64,000 nucleotides of DNA from Gekko japonicus (taxonomy: Eukaryota): NCBI RefSeq assembly GCF_001447785.1, contig NW_015173679.1, positions 962,205-1,026,204 on the forward strand, given 5' to 3'. Below the pieces are notes generated by a model. The model had not been told where the DNA came from. It did no database searches and saw only the letters and a program-made list of their open reading frames with translations. This document shows, one piece after another, positions 12,785 through 26,900 of this stretch (its first letter is position 1; every line of letters begins with the position of its first letter). A program made the position numbers and the translations under genes.

Positions 12785-12847
12785 TCAGAAGAAGGTCTCT
12801 CGACAAAGCGGACAGGTGGACTTGTTACTAGATGTAAACCACTTGTA
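12785..12847 (-). CDS. LTN1: LTN1 exon 30 (to stop)
   Basis: [20 protein letters not shown]. Confidence 0.96.
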
Positions 12848-15800
12848 CTGGAAAAGGTAAAACAAAAAATTAAAAGCAGTCATTCTCATGGAGCAAATAT
12901 GCTTGATATTAATCAGCTATTTAAGGGGATAGATAGGTGCTGCCTTGTCAAGGAATATTCATTCTCTCAGTTTCACTAAAATGATGCAGTTTCTACATAT
13001 TTGCCTCTGAGTGGCACGTATAACTACTCCAGTTATTTACCCATGGGAATCCTTGGCTCTGTTTCACTTCCTGTTGTTTTAAATGAAAAGTGTGTCTATT
13101 CCAGGTACTTACAAGGCAGGCAGAATGGAACTTTTTCTTGCATGTTCTGCAGGCTTTTTTGGGAAGAGAGTAGTTAGAACCATGTATAACAGAGAAACAG
13201 ATCATGCAGTCTTCAACACCTTCAAAACGCTTATCCACGTTGTTTTTCCATAATGCTAAACCTTCCATAATGCTTCCATTCTAAAAAAAGAAAAGGAAAG
13301 GAAATTCTTCATAGTAGTCAGTAATACATTGTTATATTGTTTCCCACAGTATCCCAGCTTTTCTTGGATCCCTTCATCTATACAGATATTTCAGGGGAAA
13401 TATAAATGGTGGTAAGATGTTTTAACTATTATTGTAAGCTGCCTTGATTGAACCAAGAGGAAAGGCGGGATATAAATGTTTCCATAAAGAAATAAAGTAA
13501 CAACTTAGCTGTAAGAAATTTCAAAGCAGCACTGTCTTTTAGAAAAAGCTGTGTCCTCTGGATGGACAATGTTATACTGGTCAAGTCAAACTGGCACTGT
13601 CAGACGGTAAACAGCAGGGCTTGCACGGTTTTCCTGCACCTGTTTGCTGCTCTGAGCAAATCTCTGGTATAATGTGGGTTGTTTCTGATATTATACAGCA
13701 AAGACTGAACTACTACAGTGTTCTCCAAACTGAGAGGATTCTGATTAGAAACATACCTGATGAGTGAGATATGTGCTCAACTGTAGCATCCAGTTGCGCC
13801 ACTGTTGAACAGCTACACCAACTCTCTTTCCACTCTCCACAGTGATGGAGCCCAGGGGGTAATTTTGGGGAAGCTGTATTATCAACTCGATGAATATATC
13901 ATCGACTGAGTATGTAGCAATGACTTCTCGAGTAGCAGATCGAGCCTTTACCTGTGGAAAACAGAAATCTTCAGTGCATAGAACACTTCTCACTTTCCAG
14001 AGATCTTTATAGTGCCAAATGATTTTAAATGTACATCACAGCAGAGCATTATACACAGAGTTTTAGCTAAAATATGAAGCATAAGTGGACACCTGATTGG
14101 TCAAACAAATAATAAAGCATTCTGTTTACATAACTGTCATTTTTAGAAGTAGTACAGGATCAGTTCTTTGGCAAGCTTTGACTTTTTGTTTTCCTTTCTA
14201 TTACTAAGCACAAGAAAGACAATTATCCTAGAAATAGTTCTGCTTCACCTGTGTTATTTCAGGTATTACAAGACACTTCCAAATATCACTGTTCAGGATA
14301 GTATATGTGTCCTGTGGCAACCTTTGTGCTAACTGAAAACACCATTTAGAAACCTGATTTTGAGGAGGTGGCTTTTGGTACCACTTCAAATATCTATATA
14401 TTTTAGGGTTGACTTGAAGCATATTGTATAATAGTCATATATTTATTTAAATATTTAAAATATTTCCATCCTATCCATCCCAATATCAGAGGGCAGGTAA
14501 TACCAAGAAACTTTAAAACAGACATCTGTTAAAGCTCCAAAAATGTTTAAAATTCTATCTAGTTTCAACAAATATAAAAGAACCAGTGTTTTCTATAGTA
14601 TACTAACACATACCCCAAAAAAATCCATGTAAAAATATATTTTATTTTGATAACAGAAAGCGTTCTGAAACAGATAGGTTTTACCGGCCTTATGAAATGT
14701 CAGCAGAGGCCCAGTACATTGCTTCAGGGTAAATTATTCCATAATTTGAGGGGCAAATTTCAAGAAAATCCTATTCTTGGACTACTGGACTTCCAGAGGA
14801 AATGGCACAGTTAACAAATGCTGATAGGCAGAGCTAACAAAGCTTATAAATCTAAATCAGAAAAGGTGGTCCTTCACTTATGTGGCCCCCAGATTATATC
14901 AGTAATCACCAGCACCATGAATTGGACCCGGAAGCAAGATGTTTTAACACAGGTGTGTGTATGATATGACAAACACCCTTAAATAAGCATGCAGCTGAAT
15001 TTTGAATGAGCTGTAGTTTCTGAGTTGTTTTCTAGGGCAGGCCTACACAGAGTGCATTACATCTAGCTGAGAGCTTATTGTGCCACTGATCACAATATTC
15101 AGATCAGTTGAGTTCAAAAGATAATTTCTTAACCAAGGCAACTGAGTTGGGAGCGGGGGTGTTCTTGTTTTTGCCACATCTTGTACTTGTTTTTTTAAAA
15201 AGAAGGAAAGAGTCTGAAAGCTTTCCAGACTTTTTGCCTGCTCTGACTATGCTGACTTCAGCCCATTTAAGATGGGAAGTTTAATTTACAAATATATAAA
15301 TGCATGCAGACTTGGTGAAGATTATACTAACCATCATGCCATTAAACAACTGTGTGCTGGTCTGCACCGAAGATATTTCTTGTGATGAAAGGATGTTACT
15401 GACATATTTGCTTGTAAATTTATCTACAATGCTGAAGACTCGTTTCTCACAGCTATTCCACCAAAGGCGAACCATGGCTGGCAAATCTTTTAATGTCATG
15501 CAGTAAACTGAGCAAGCCAGATGTGGGATCTGTGATGACAGTGTTGACATGTCTGGAGAACACATTGGGAAAGTGGTTATAAAATAAGAGAAGTTAAGAC
15601 TATAGCTCCTCCACAGATCTCCCACAATTTCAATTGCTTTCTTCTCATGATGTGATAAAATCTGTAACTTGATGCTGGGGTACATGATAGACTCACCAAG
15701 GGAGAGCAGACAAGGCTTTGCCTGTTGAGAATTCTGACAACTCCCCTGCCTACTCCACAGTGACTAATTTTCTTTGCTCCTCACCTTCCCAGCGCTAAAG

Positions 15801-18800
15801 GAAAATTAGTTGCTTAGTAGAAACGCAAGTCAAAATAAACAATGGACAGTTGACAGTTTTCTTTCTGGGACAGTAAAGCTATCACTCGTAGTCTCTGAAC
15901 ATGCTGTACTGTACATGCTTACAATCCACACATGCACAACACAGGAGTTACCCACATGCTGCTGTCTCAACTGGTGGGCTATGGTTCTTAGTCATTAATA
16001 AACCTGCTTGTGCAAAGATGAGCCATCTGCCTGGTTAAACCAGAAGGCTGCAGTGCTTACTCTCAAGGACTCGTATTCACAGTTCCATGTGCTAAAGTTC
16101 ATGAGCAACACGGCAGAGAATCTGGCAGCTCAGGAGGTAGTGACTTTGCCAAACACGCCTGTAAATGGAGTGCTCATTTGAAAACGGCTTGATATGAGAG
16201 GCAGAATGCACCAGTTATATAATGAGAATATATGATGACAGACATAACCCAAGAGCTTGACTTGGGAAACTCAAGACAAAACATGCAGTGTAACTATTAC
16301 AACAAATGACAAATGTAGAATTAACTTTTAACAGTCTGAGAACTAAACTCCAAAACAGTGTTAGGAGGGTTTTTCCCCCTTGCATGATTTATATCATGAC
16401 AGAACAATGACAATATAATATTTGCAGTGACTGTGCTGAAGGAAATGTCTAATTCCAGGTGTTTTCTAGCAATAGCTCACTTATGATTCAAAATTAGAAA
16501 TAAAGGGTCTTTCAGGTTGCTCTCCTAGGAACACTCCCCTGGGAGTAAGTCTCATTGTCTAAAACGGGACTCGAGACTCTTGCATGGGATCATTTTGTTT
16601 CACTTTAAAGTATGTTTAACCTTAACAATTAAAAAGCTTCAAACCATTTTGACTGACCTTTAACATCTAAAGTAAGCTCTTCAGTAAAATATGTTTTTGT
16701 GTCCTTATTAGGAAATTCAGCTGTTGATCCTGGAAAAGCTGGGTTTTCTGGCATAAGCCTGAACAGGTGATACAGTAGTTTATTCAAACTCTTAGTTCTT
16801 CGAAGGTATTGTGAATAAAGAGCTCGTAACTGACAGTGAAGAAAAAATATATTAAAATGATTCCCAATGAAACGTGTTCTCAAAAACAGACAGACAAAAG
16901 AATGTATCCAACAAGACAAAAGTTGTAGTAGAATTCAAAGCAGATTAGATAATAATATTCCCCTATCAAGTTTTAACACATACTCTTAAGTACACTGATG
17001 GTATCATTGCTCAAGCTGTTTAAAAAGCAGATCACAATCCAACATGCAGTCATTCAGAGAAGATTAAATTATCCTATCTAGCTAAATTATATGCCATACA
17101 CTACAAAGTCCAACAAAATCTGTATGTTTGTGGGTCACTATAGAAGGGAACAAAGAAAAGGACCATGAACAAGAACCACATTGAACAAAAGGTTCACGCA
17201 ACAGAATGCTAGGCCACCCTAATTTCCATTTGGGGGTGTGTGTGTGCTACTACAGCATATACCCTGTTGGATAAATAATATGTTACTGATGCATGGAGAA
17301 AAACTGGAGCTTTATAGTCCTATTCTTCCACAACTTTTTAAATACCTGAAATTGTGCCTACAGTTTATAGACAAGTAGATCAAAATCCAACATGCAGTCA
17401 TTCAGAGAAGATGAAATAATCCTGTCTAGCTAAACTATATGCCAAACAATACAAAGTGCACTAAAAGCTGTATGTCTGTGGGTCATTCAGCATACCGTTA
17501 ATTAACATTCAGCATACCATTTATCTATAAACACAGCAATATAGTTCCCTTGGTAAAAGTCAGATTGCTCACATATGTAAGAGCCAGGTATGTTACCAGG
17601 TATAAGAAGCACCTTATGCACTTCCAAATCTTTCCTTCCTATAGTCAGAAATGAGATCTCTATATTGTTTTGTACAATTAAATGCCATTTATTCCAACTG
17701 CCACAGAACATCTCATGTACAGATCTGTGAAAGTACAATTTACACACTGGGTTACACTTACCTGAGAAGATGCTGCCTTGAAAAAAGTTAATATTAATTT
17801 CCATGTGAGCAGATACCCTAAAACAAGGCAAAACTCCTCACTCAATGGCTGAACAACTGCAAACTCTCCAACTGGAATGCATTCTAGGACATTTTCTAGT
17901 AAATCTTCTTGAGTGGCAAGAATAGTCATAAGAGCTGCTGGGGGAGACCTAAAATGAAAAGGAGAAAGAAAACTGTTGATTTTACTGTCAGATGGGTTTT
18001 CCTGTTCAGAACATTAAAAAAATCAGGCAGCCTTCAGGTATACAACTAAATACAAACCAAATACAACTAAAATAAAATGTGCACAAACCCAGACTGTTGC
18101 TGAAATCACATGTGTGCCTCTTTCTCCTCCCTAATTTGTGCTGAGAATCATGATTAAACACTAACTAGCAACCCACAACACAGACTGCCAGTCCCTTTTA
18201 ACTGTAGCTTCCTTCCTTAGTTACAAGTCTTTTTGCAGGTCTGTCAGGTCTGTACACATTTAGCTGTGAAAGTACCTAGCAATAACTGATTTTCTACCCC
18301 TTGTTTCAAAGCCTGAAAAATATGGTGTTATACCAGAGGAGCCACATTAATTTATGCAGGTAGAGCTAATAAATTACGTTTTGTTTTGAGGGTTTTGGAA
18401 GGTCTCCATCTGACTGAAACTCATGTTTAGGAAAAATGGTGTAGGAGCAAAGAAAGCCTTGAAATTTGAACACAAAGTATCTGCATTAGATTTATAAACC
18501 TTTAATATTCAAATACTATTGCAAGTGTGTCAATTTCAACCTCAGATATTAGCAAAGAAACATACAATGATAGTTCTTCCTCTTCATCACCATAGGACTT
18601 GAGGTCTTTATTGTCAAATTCAGGCAAATCAGACATTAACCTGGAAATTGAAAAAAAGAAAAAAGAATCAGTCCATATTTTTAAAGCGTGGAATTTATCT
18701 TATTCTGATTTTATTAACCACTGGTAATTAAGTACTAAAGTGAACACACTGTTACACATTACAGTCATCTACATAAAACAGGCTACAATAAGACTGCATA

Positions 18801-20912
18801 ATTGTTTGTGGATGAGAAAGGCTTCTGTCCTAAGCTGGTGACTTTCATAATGCAACACGCTGTAATGCAGAGCTTCTCTTGCCATCCTCACCCCAACAGT
18901 AATTACGTTTAATATACTGGCCACTGTATATGGCAAAAGGAGACCTGCAATACCTCACTACTGGGTGAGGAGAGGCAGAAGGAGTAGAAGATTCATCGTT
19001 TCCCCCTTTCACTCATTTACTCTGCCTTCAGGAAACGAATTTGTGGAGCAACCCACCACGGTACAGCAATGGTTTGCAATTCCTCTGCAGAAGAGTAGAA
19101 CAGATGAAACACTTTCTGAGCCCCTTATTCCAAGGACTTTCCAGTTATATGTATTTATGGCAGAAAAAGCAGCAGCTGATCCCTGTGTCTTAGGATGATG
19201 TTGGGGGGCACTTAAAGACTGTAAGGATTTAACAGGCTCCTAATTTATATGATTAACCAAGATCACTGCTAGTGCATAAGACGCTATTTATTGTTTGTAC
19301 ATCATGTGGAACATTAAGACTCATTCATTAATGCAAGATGATGCCTAGTTGTTTTTCCCCCCTAGGCAAATTTTCTATTGATAAGGTGAAAATGAAAACA
19401 GAAAGACATCAAACTATATATATGGAGGAGTAACCAACTTACTTATTTAGCATGTGGTATACCGTGATTTGAACAGGTCTAGCTCTGAACAGCAGTAGTG
19501 GAGATAGTGTATTTAACAAGGTCTGCACTTTATCAGGAAGGTTTGTCTTCTGGCTAGCAACAAATTTGGCAGGAAGTTTGTGGTTCAGTAACTGATCCTT
19601 TGAGACAAATATTAGAGCTTCACCCAAGGGCTTCAACACAGAGTTCTGAAATGACGTTTCTGACATATTTTTGTCTCCTGGTCAAAGAACATAAAAGACA
19701 ATTTTCATTAAGTTTTGCAGTTTATCACAGAAATTAAAGAGCACTATTATTTCCCAAACCAGCCGAATACCGAAAACGTGTGATACTGTTCTTGTATGTT
19801 TTTTCAACAGCCCAAAGGAAAAGTGGGATAAAAATATTTTAATAAACATATAAACAGACTGCAGAAGATAAATCATTATTAGACACTTTAACTGGCTCAT
19901 AATTTTAATGAGTTTAAAAGTGTGGAAAAGCAGATGGAACAAACTGATATTAAATGGATGGATGTTTATCCTATTTCATCCATTTAGCCTATGTTGAAAG
20001 GTTAGAGAGTTGTAATTCTGGCAACAAGGGGTGGGGAAAGTGGACAGAGGCAGCTGTTTGTCCCTTTGCCATAATACTAGAACTCAAGAGGCACCTATGA
20101 AGTTCATAGGCAATAGATTCAGGATGAATAAATGAAAGGACTTCTTTACTAAACGAACAATTAAATTGTGGAATTTGCTACCAGAGGATGAAGTGAGGGC
20201 CATGAGCACAGATGGCTTTAAAAGGAGATTAGTTAGATTCACTGAGGATATGTCCACTGCAAATGCTAGACTAAAGGGAATCTCCACATTCAGAGGAGGA
20301 GGAGGAGATTGGATTTATACCCCGCCCTTCACTTGGAGTCTCAGAGCAGCTTACAAGCTCCTTTCCCTTCCCCTCCCCACAAAAGACACCCTGTGAGGTA
20401 GGTGGGGCTGAGAGAGCTCTTTCAATAACTGCCCTTTCAAGGACAGCTCTGACAGAACTATGGCTTGCCCAAGGTCATCCAGCAGCTGCAAGTGGAGGAG
20501 TGGGGAATCAAACCCGGTTCTCCGAGATTAGAGTCTGCACACTTAACAAACCTCTGACTATTAGTCCAAGAAGGCAACATCAGGCCTTGGCCACTATGTC
20601 CTGTTTAACCCCCTTAGGGTAACTGGTAGACTACCGCATCAGGCCTTGGCCACTATGTCCTGTTTGTTAACTCCCTTAGGGTAACTGGTAGACTACTGCA
20701 TAAAACAGGATGCTGGACTAGATGGACCACTGGTCTGAGCCAGCAAGGCTCTTATGTTCTTATGATTCTGACTATGAGATAAAAGGCCTGACTTTTCACA
20801 TACCTTTAAATATTGAGTTTATTATTCAGTGGTGGCAACTGTTAAATACAAAGGCTATTCAGAATATGTGGTAAATGTCTTCCTACAAGACCACTGGTCA
20901 CAGCCTTAACAG

Positions 20913-20944
<32 letters not shown>

Positions 20945-23900
20945 ATTTTTAAAAAGGATTATGGTCTTGGTACTGTCTGCCCCCTTACTAAAAGTTGCAA
21001 TCCCTGGATATAAACTTTTATCTAAGTGGTGAGGATCTGTGAAAAAGAAGAGTTTGAGACTGCAACTAATGTCACTATGAGCACTGAATAAACATAAACT
21101 TAGAGAATCTTCCTGAGGGATATTCTTACAAATGCGCAAGTTTGGTGTAGTGGTTAAGTGCGTGGGCTCTAATCTGGGAGAACCAGGTTTGATTCCCCAC
21201 TTGTACCTGGCTGGATGACCTTGGGCAAGTCATAGTTCTGGCACAGCTGTCCTTGAAAAAGAGCAGTTTCTGTCAGCGCTCTCTCAGCCCCACCTACCTC
21301 ACAGGGTGTCTGTTGTGGGGAGAGGAGGGGAAGGGAAAGGAGTTTGTAAGCCACTCTGAGACTCCCTTGGGTAGTGAAGGGCAGGGTATAAATACAATCT
21401 CTTCTCTTCTTCTTCTATGTAAGGAGTTTTCCAGTGGGAAATGGGAAGGGACTGAAAACAACAGGAGAAAAACTGGAGGGATAGGCAGAATGAAAGGATG
21501 CTGAAACCATGCAAAGAATATCTCTAATTTAGGATCATGCATTACCCTAGAAGCATTGGCTATAGCTTGCACTACATCTCTAGTTGTGCAGTTTCAGTTT
21601 TATTTAAATTAAACAGATAGAAATATATATTATTAAAATAAATGACCTGGCACTGTAGACAGTGTGTCATGGATTCCATACTATGTCAGTTAGCACACTT
21701 GTCTTTTGCCACAAACTTACTTGTGATTTTTACCATCAAAGGTAAAAGTAAACTATGAATGCCTTCAGAAAAGAACTCCTGCCATTCACTTATGAGGTTT
21801 GCTGGAAGTTTTTCAATGATTTCTGGAGTTAATGCCTGGAAGTAGGCACTCAAGGCAGTAGTCAAGTCACAGCTCACACAGGCAAACACTTGTACCAGTG
21901 CAATAAAAAAGACTGCCTGGCTTTCACTTGTGGTCTGAAAAGAAAGGCAGACACAGACTTCTGTTCTTTTTCCATCCTGTTAATACCCAACCACACAATT
22001 GTTACCTCTATCATGTTATACATTCTTTTAGTTTATCATCTCAATCAAGCTCTTTTTTTCTTTTATGACAAATAAAAGCAATTTCTGTCTTTGAGTATAC
22101 TCAAAAGTCTTTAAAGCTTAAGTAATGCCTTAATGATTCTCATTCTGTATTGTTATCATCATCATATATTCTAATAGCAAAGTCAGCCAGATCATTGGAT
22201 ATCTAAATTCAGTGACTAGAGCTGTGAAGGAGCAAGAGATATCTTTCTCCAAACCTGAAAAGGGCCCCATGTTTGCAGGAAAATGTGAAATTAAAAATTT
22301 TTGGGGGGAATTTTAAAACCTGAAAACAATAACAGGAGCATTTGTAGCTTTAAGCAACAGATTCCCTCAATGGCTGGCGCTAGGCAACCACAGTATTCCA
22401 GCCATGGTCTGTCAGTAAAAGAGAGAGACCTTTCCAGGCCTATTTTGGCCTTTGAGGGAGGACTTATTGGGGCCAGGAGATTTAGTGGTTGAGTCTTTGG
22501 AGGGCAGGGTTTGGAGAGTGAAGAGGCCTCAGTCAGATATCATACCATACAATCCACTCTCCAAAGCAGTCATTTTCTCCAGGGGGACAGATCTCTGTCA
22601 TCTGGAGCTCAGTTGTAATTCTGGGAGATCTCCAGGTTAAGAGCTTAAGACAGAGGAGCAGATAAAGGTAGGCTGCCTGATGTGCAGGAAGGAGATAGGG
22701 TTGCCAGCTCCAGGTTAAGAAATTCCTAGAGAATTGGGGGGTGGAGCCTGGGGGGGTTGAGGAGGAGAGGGACCTCAGAAGGGTATAATGCCATTGATTT
22801 CACCTTCCAAAGCAGCCATTTCTTTCCTGGGAACTAGGGTTGCCAACCTCCAGGTGGGGGTTGGTGATCACCCAGAATTATAACTTCTCTCCAGATGACA
22901 GAGATCAATTCCCCGGAGAAAATAGACTCTATGGCATTACATCCTGCTGAGGTTGCTTCCCTCCCCAAGCCTTGCCCTCTCAAGGCTCCATCCCCAGATC
23001 TCGAGGAATTTCCCAACCTGGAGCTGGCAACCCTAAGGGGGAACTGATCTCTGTAGTTGGGAGATGTGTTGTGATTCCAGGAGATCTCTAGGCCGTACCT
23101 GGAGGCTGACAACCCTACAAGGAAAGCAGGAAGTAGAAAAAGGGGAAAGGCTATGGGGCTCTCAGAAAAGGGAANNNNNNNNNNNNNNNNGAAATGAGAT
23201 GCCTTCCGCAAATCCTTGCATGTTCCTACTTGAATATTCTAATTGCCAATTCGGCCAAACCTGAGGATACTTAAATCCAGTGACTGCAGCTGCTAACGGA
23301 CAAGACGTGTATTTCTACAAACCTGAAAAATGCCCCAGGTTTGCAAAAAAATCTGAAATCTTAAAAAAAAAAAAAAAACTACCACCACCCATGGGGGGGG
23401 GAGAAAAAGAAAATGATAACACAAACACATGTAGCTTTATGAAACGGAAGCCCTCAATGGCTGTTGCTATAGGCAACCACAGCAATCTGCTCCCGGTTCT
23501 CTGCTGCTTTCAGATCTTCCTGAGATTCCTGAATATATCTGTGATTTTCTTTGGATTTTTCTTCCAGTTTTCCCAAGAAAACTCAGATACATTTGGAAGC
23601 CATCCCAGCCAGGTTATATTTTCAGCTCGGGTATATCTGAATGCACATCCTTAGTAGCTTTTAAAAATGGATGCCCTCAGTGGCTGTTGCTAGGCAACCA
23701 CAACAGGCTTGGCTTCTGTTAGAAAAAAGCCACAAGGGCCCTTTCTAGGGTTGTTTGAAGAAGGACTCATTGGGGCCAGACCCAACATGACTCACCAAGG
23801 CTTGGATACCTGCCTGTCTAATAGCGGGCACAAAAGTCAGAGGACTCGATCGGGGCGCCTCGTATACGGCAGTAGAGAGTGGCAGCCCGGAGAGGGACCC

Positions 23901-26900
23901 AAGTCAGAGGACTCGATCGGGGCGCCTCGTATACGGCAGTAGTGAGTGGCAGCCCCAGAAATGTCCTGAAGGAAAGAGCCGAGCAGGAGCCCTCCATGTC
24001 AGACAGGAAAGTGCAACCGCAAGCACCCAACGGAGGGAAAAAGAAAAGGACCTCATCCATAACACCGATGAAGAAAAATCACCGTACGTTTATGTAAATA
24101 CAACATTCTTAGAGGATCTATTGACTGATTGATTGCCCCTTTAAAGAGTCAAAGGAAAGGAGGAGGTGAAAGTTTTTCCTCCCCCTTCCTCTTGCAATCG
24201 GCTAGGAAAAGAACTTCAAGAAATTCCTTTTAAGCTGTGGGCCAAAAGGATAAGAAAGAGCTGCTGTCTGAGACCACAATTCTTATATGGAGTTTTTACA
24301 AAATTCTATAATATTTCTCTGTGAACTTTATTGAACTAGAAACAGACACCTTATGGAAAAGGAGAAAAAGAAGACCTGGATTCCACTCTGAACTGGTTCT
24401 GTGCTACATTCTCATAACATGGTGTATTTTTACTATAAAGGTACAAGCTGTTCTGATTGTACTTTATTCTGTTGGAAGCAACTGATAAGACTCCCAAGCT
24501 ATGGTGTGAATCTTTTTTTTTCAGATATGGCTATAGTGACTAGTGTTGGTAGATAATGGGAACTGGTGTGACTTTAAACTATTATTGAGTGGGGAAAATT
24601 TGAGACTCTTTGTTTTTAATATGTTGCTGTGGAATGTCTGGTGGTTCAAACAAGATGTCTGGAGATACATCCTCAACAAGTGTGGGACCTTTAGATATTG
24701 ACTGGACACAGATTTCTTTAAAAGGTTTCCAACTCAATGACCTCGGCTGTGATACTGGCAGTAAGAGAGATTGTTGATGCTATACAAGCTGAACTGGATA
24801 TATTGCCAAAGCAGGCTTCAACCAACATGGAAAAAGCCTGGAAGCCAGAGAAGGAAGAGGAACAAAATCTCAGAGATATAGAACATAGTGAGGAAGTCTA
24901 TAAGCAAGTGGATATCAACAGAGTGTATTTACCTCCAGCAAAGAGAAATAAAAGATCCAGGGAAATGTCTAGAAAATTGACAGGTGAAAAAACCCTTAAC
25001 ATTTTGAATGACGCACCACTACTACAAGAGGAAAGAATCTACAGAATTCTAAATTCTACTGACAATGGACTATAGATGGCAACTTCAAGAAGAAAACTTC
25101 ATTATTTACAAGGAAAAAAGACATAGAAAAAAGATTTTAAAATTTAAGAGAAGAAATCAGAAAATGGAAAAGATGATGAAATATTACAAAAAGTTTTAAA
25201 ATGTGTTGTATGATTCTCTGAGATTATATTGTGAAATTGGATTACTAAAAACAGATGTGAAAATAGTTAAACATAATCCACACAAAAAAGAGAGAATATC
25301 AGACAAAATCTGTTTAAGGTAAAAGTTTAAATAAAAGAGAATATGGAATGTAGACACATATATGTAAAGGATTAGTCACTAGTATAAGATGGAGAAATGA
25401 AAATACTGTATAATCTATGACACTCCATAGTAGATAATATAGGTTTGTATTGATTCAATTCACTTATATGTATTTTGATTGAAAGGTATGGAGAAATAAG
25501 ACCTTTTATAGTATTTATAAAATGATTTAAATAGAAGGTATAGAACAAGAAAACTAGTAACTTCTTTTTTTGTTTAGTAGAAATCTTTTTGGACATAAAC
25601 TCAAATTAGAAGAAAATATGAAATGTACTCGTATATATATGCAAAAATCTAGATTTTAACATAAGGTGAAATTTTTTAACATAAGGTGAAAATTTTTTAT
25701 ACATTGTATAATGTATACATTGTATAATGTATAAGGCTTTAAAAATGGAGAAATATATGTACTATCCCAGTTTTATGTTTGTTTGTTTGTTGTGTTTGAA
25801 AAGTAATTTTAAAAATCTCAAAAAAAAAAGACAATGCTCGGCCAGGCTGCACACAAGGTGAGGTGAGGTGAGGTGAGGTAGACAGCAGTGACCAGCTGAG
25901 CCCTACACAAAGTAACGCAAGGCAGATGGCAGGGCAAGCCCTGCATTGGGCAAGGTGAGGTAGATGGCACCACCCAGCCAAGCTTCATGCAAAGCAAGGC
26001 AAGGCAGACAGCTTCCAACCAAGCCTTGCACAAGGCAAGGGTGGTGCCCAGCTGGCCTAGCCAAGGTGAGGGAGGCAGTGCCCCGTCTGCACAAGGCAAG
26101 GGAAGCAGCACCTGGCCAATTAGTTACGCAGGCTGCCTCTTTCTCCTTCCATCCATCCTCCCTTTGTGAAAGAGAAGCAGGATCAAACAGACTGTTTCTT
26201 CCTTTCCTTCTCCTCCTTTATGGCAGGGCTCTTTCCCAGGGTTTTTCATTCCCAGTCCACCCCTGCTCACAGAGTTGTTCTGAGAATAGACTGGAGGTGA
26301 GGCGAATGAAGTTAGCTGTTTGGAGTCCTCATTGTGGACAAAGGTGGGATATAAATGAAGTAAATAAGTAATAAATACAGCTGAAGATGGATGGGCAGAT
26401 AAAACTATTGCTGGAGGGTGGGTGGGAAGGACAGAAGGAAGCCGAGAAGACTGAGGATATGGGGACTGTCAGGTGAAGAGAAAGAGGAAATAATGTGGGG
26501 AGGTTGAGATGGGGCAAATGGGTTCCCTTAGAAAATCCTTGCAGGTTCCCCACTGTGCAACTGGGCCTGCTTTGGTAACCATCACCACACAACCTGGCCG
26601 TTGTTTTCCTGGGCAGAGGGTGCTGGGGTAGGGTAGGATGGAAAACTGAAGATGGGGAGAAAATAAACATAGGTTGGCTGGTGGATGGAAAAGAGAGGAG
26701 GCAGTAAGAAAAAGAAAGAAGGAACTAGTGGGGGAGAGAAAAATTCACCCCACATGTCCTTGTAGTTTCCCATTTGTTGATACATCTAATTCTCAACATG
26801 GTTAATTCTTAGGGTACTTAAATCCAGTAACTGGGGGCATGAAGAGATAAGACAGGTCTATGAACCTGAAAAACATCCCAGATTTGCAGAAAAGTCTGTA

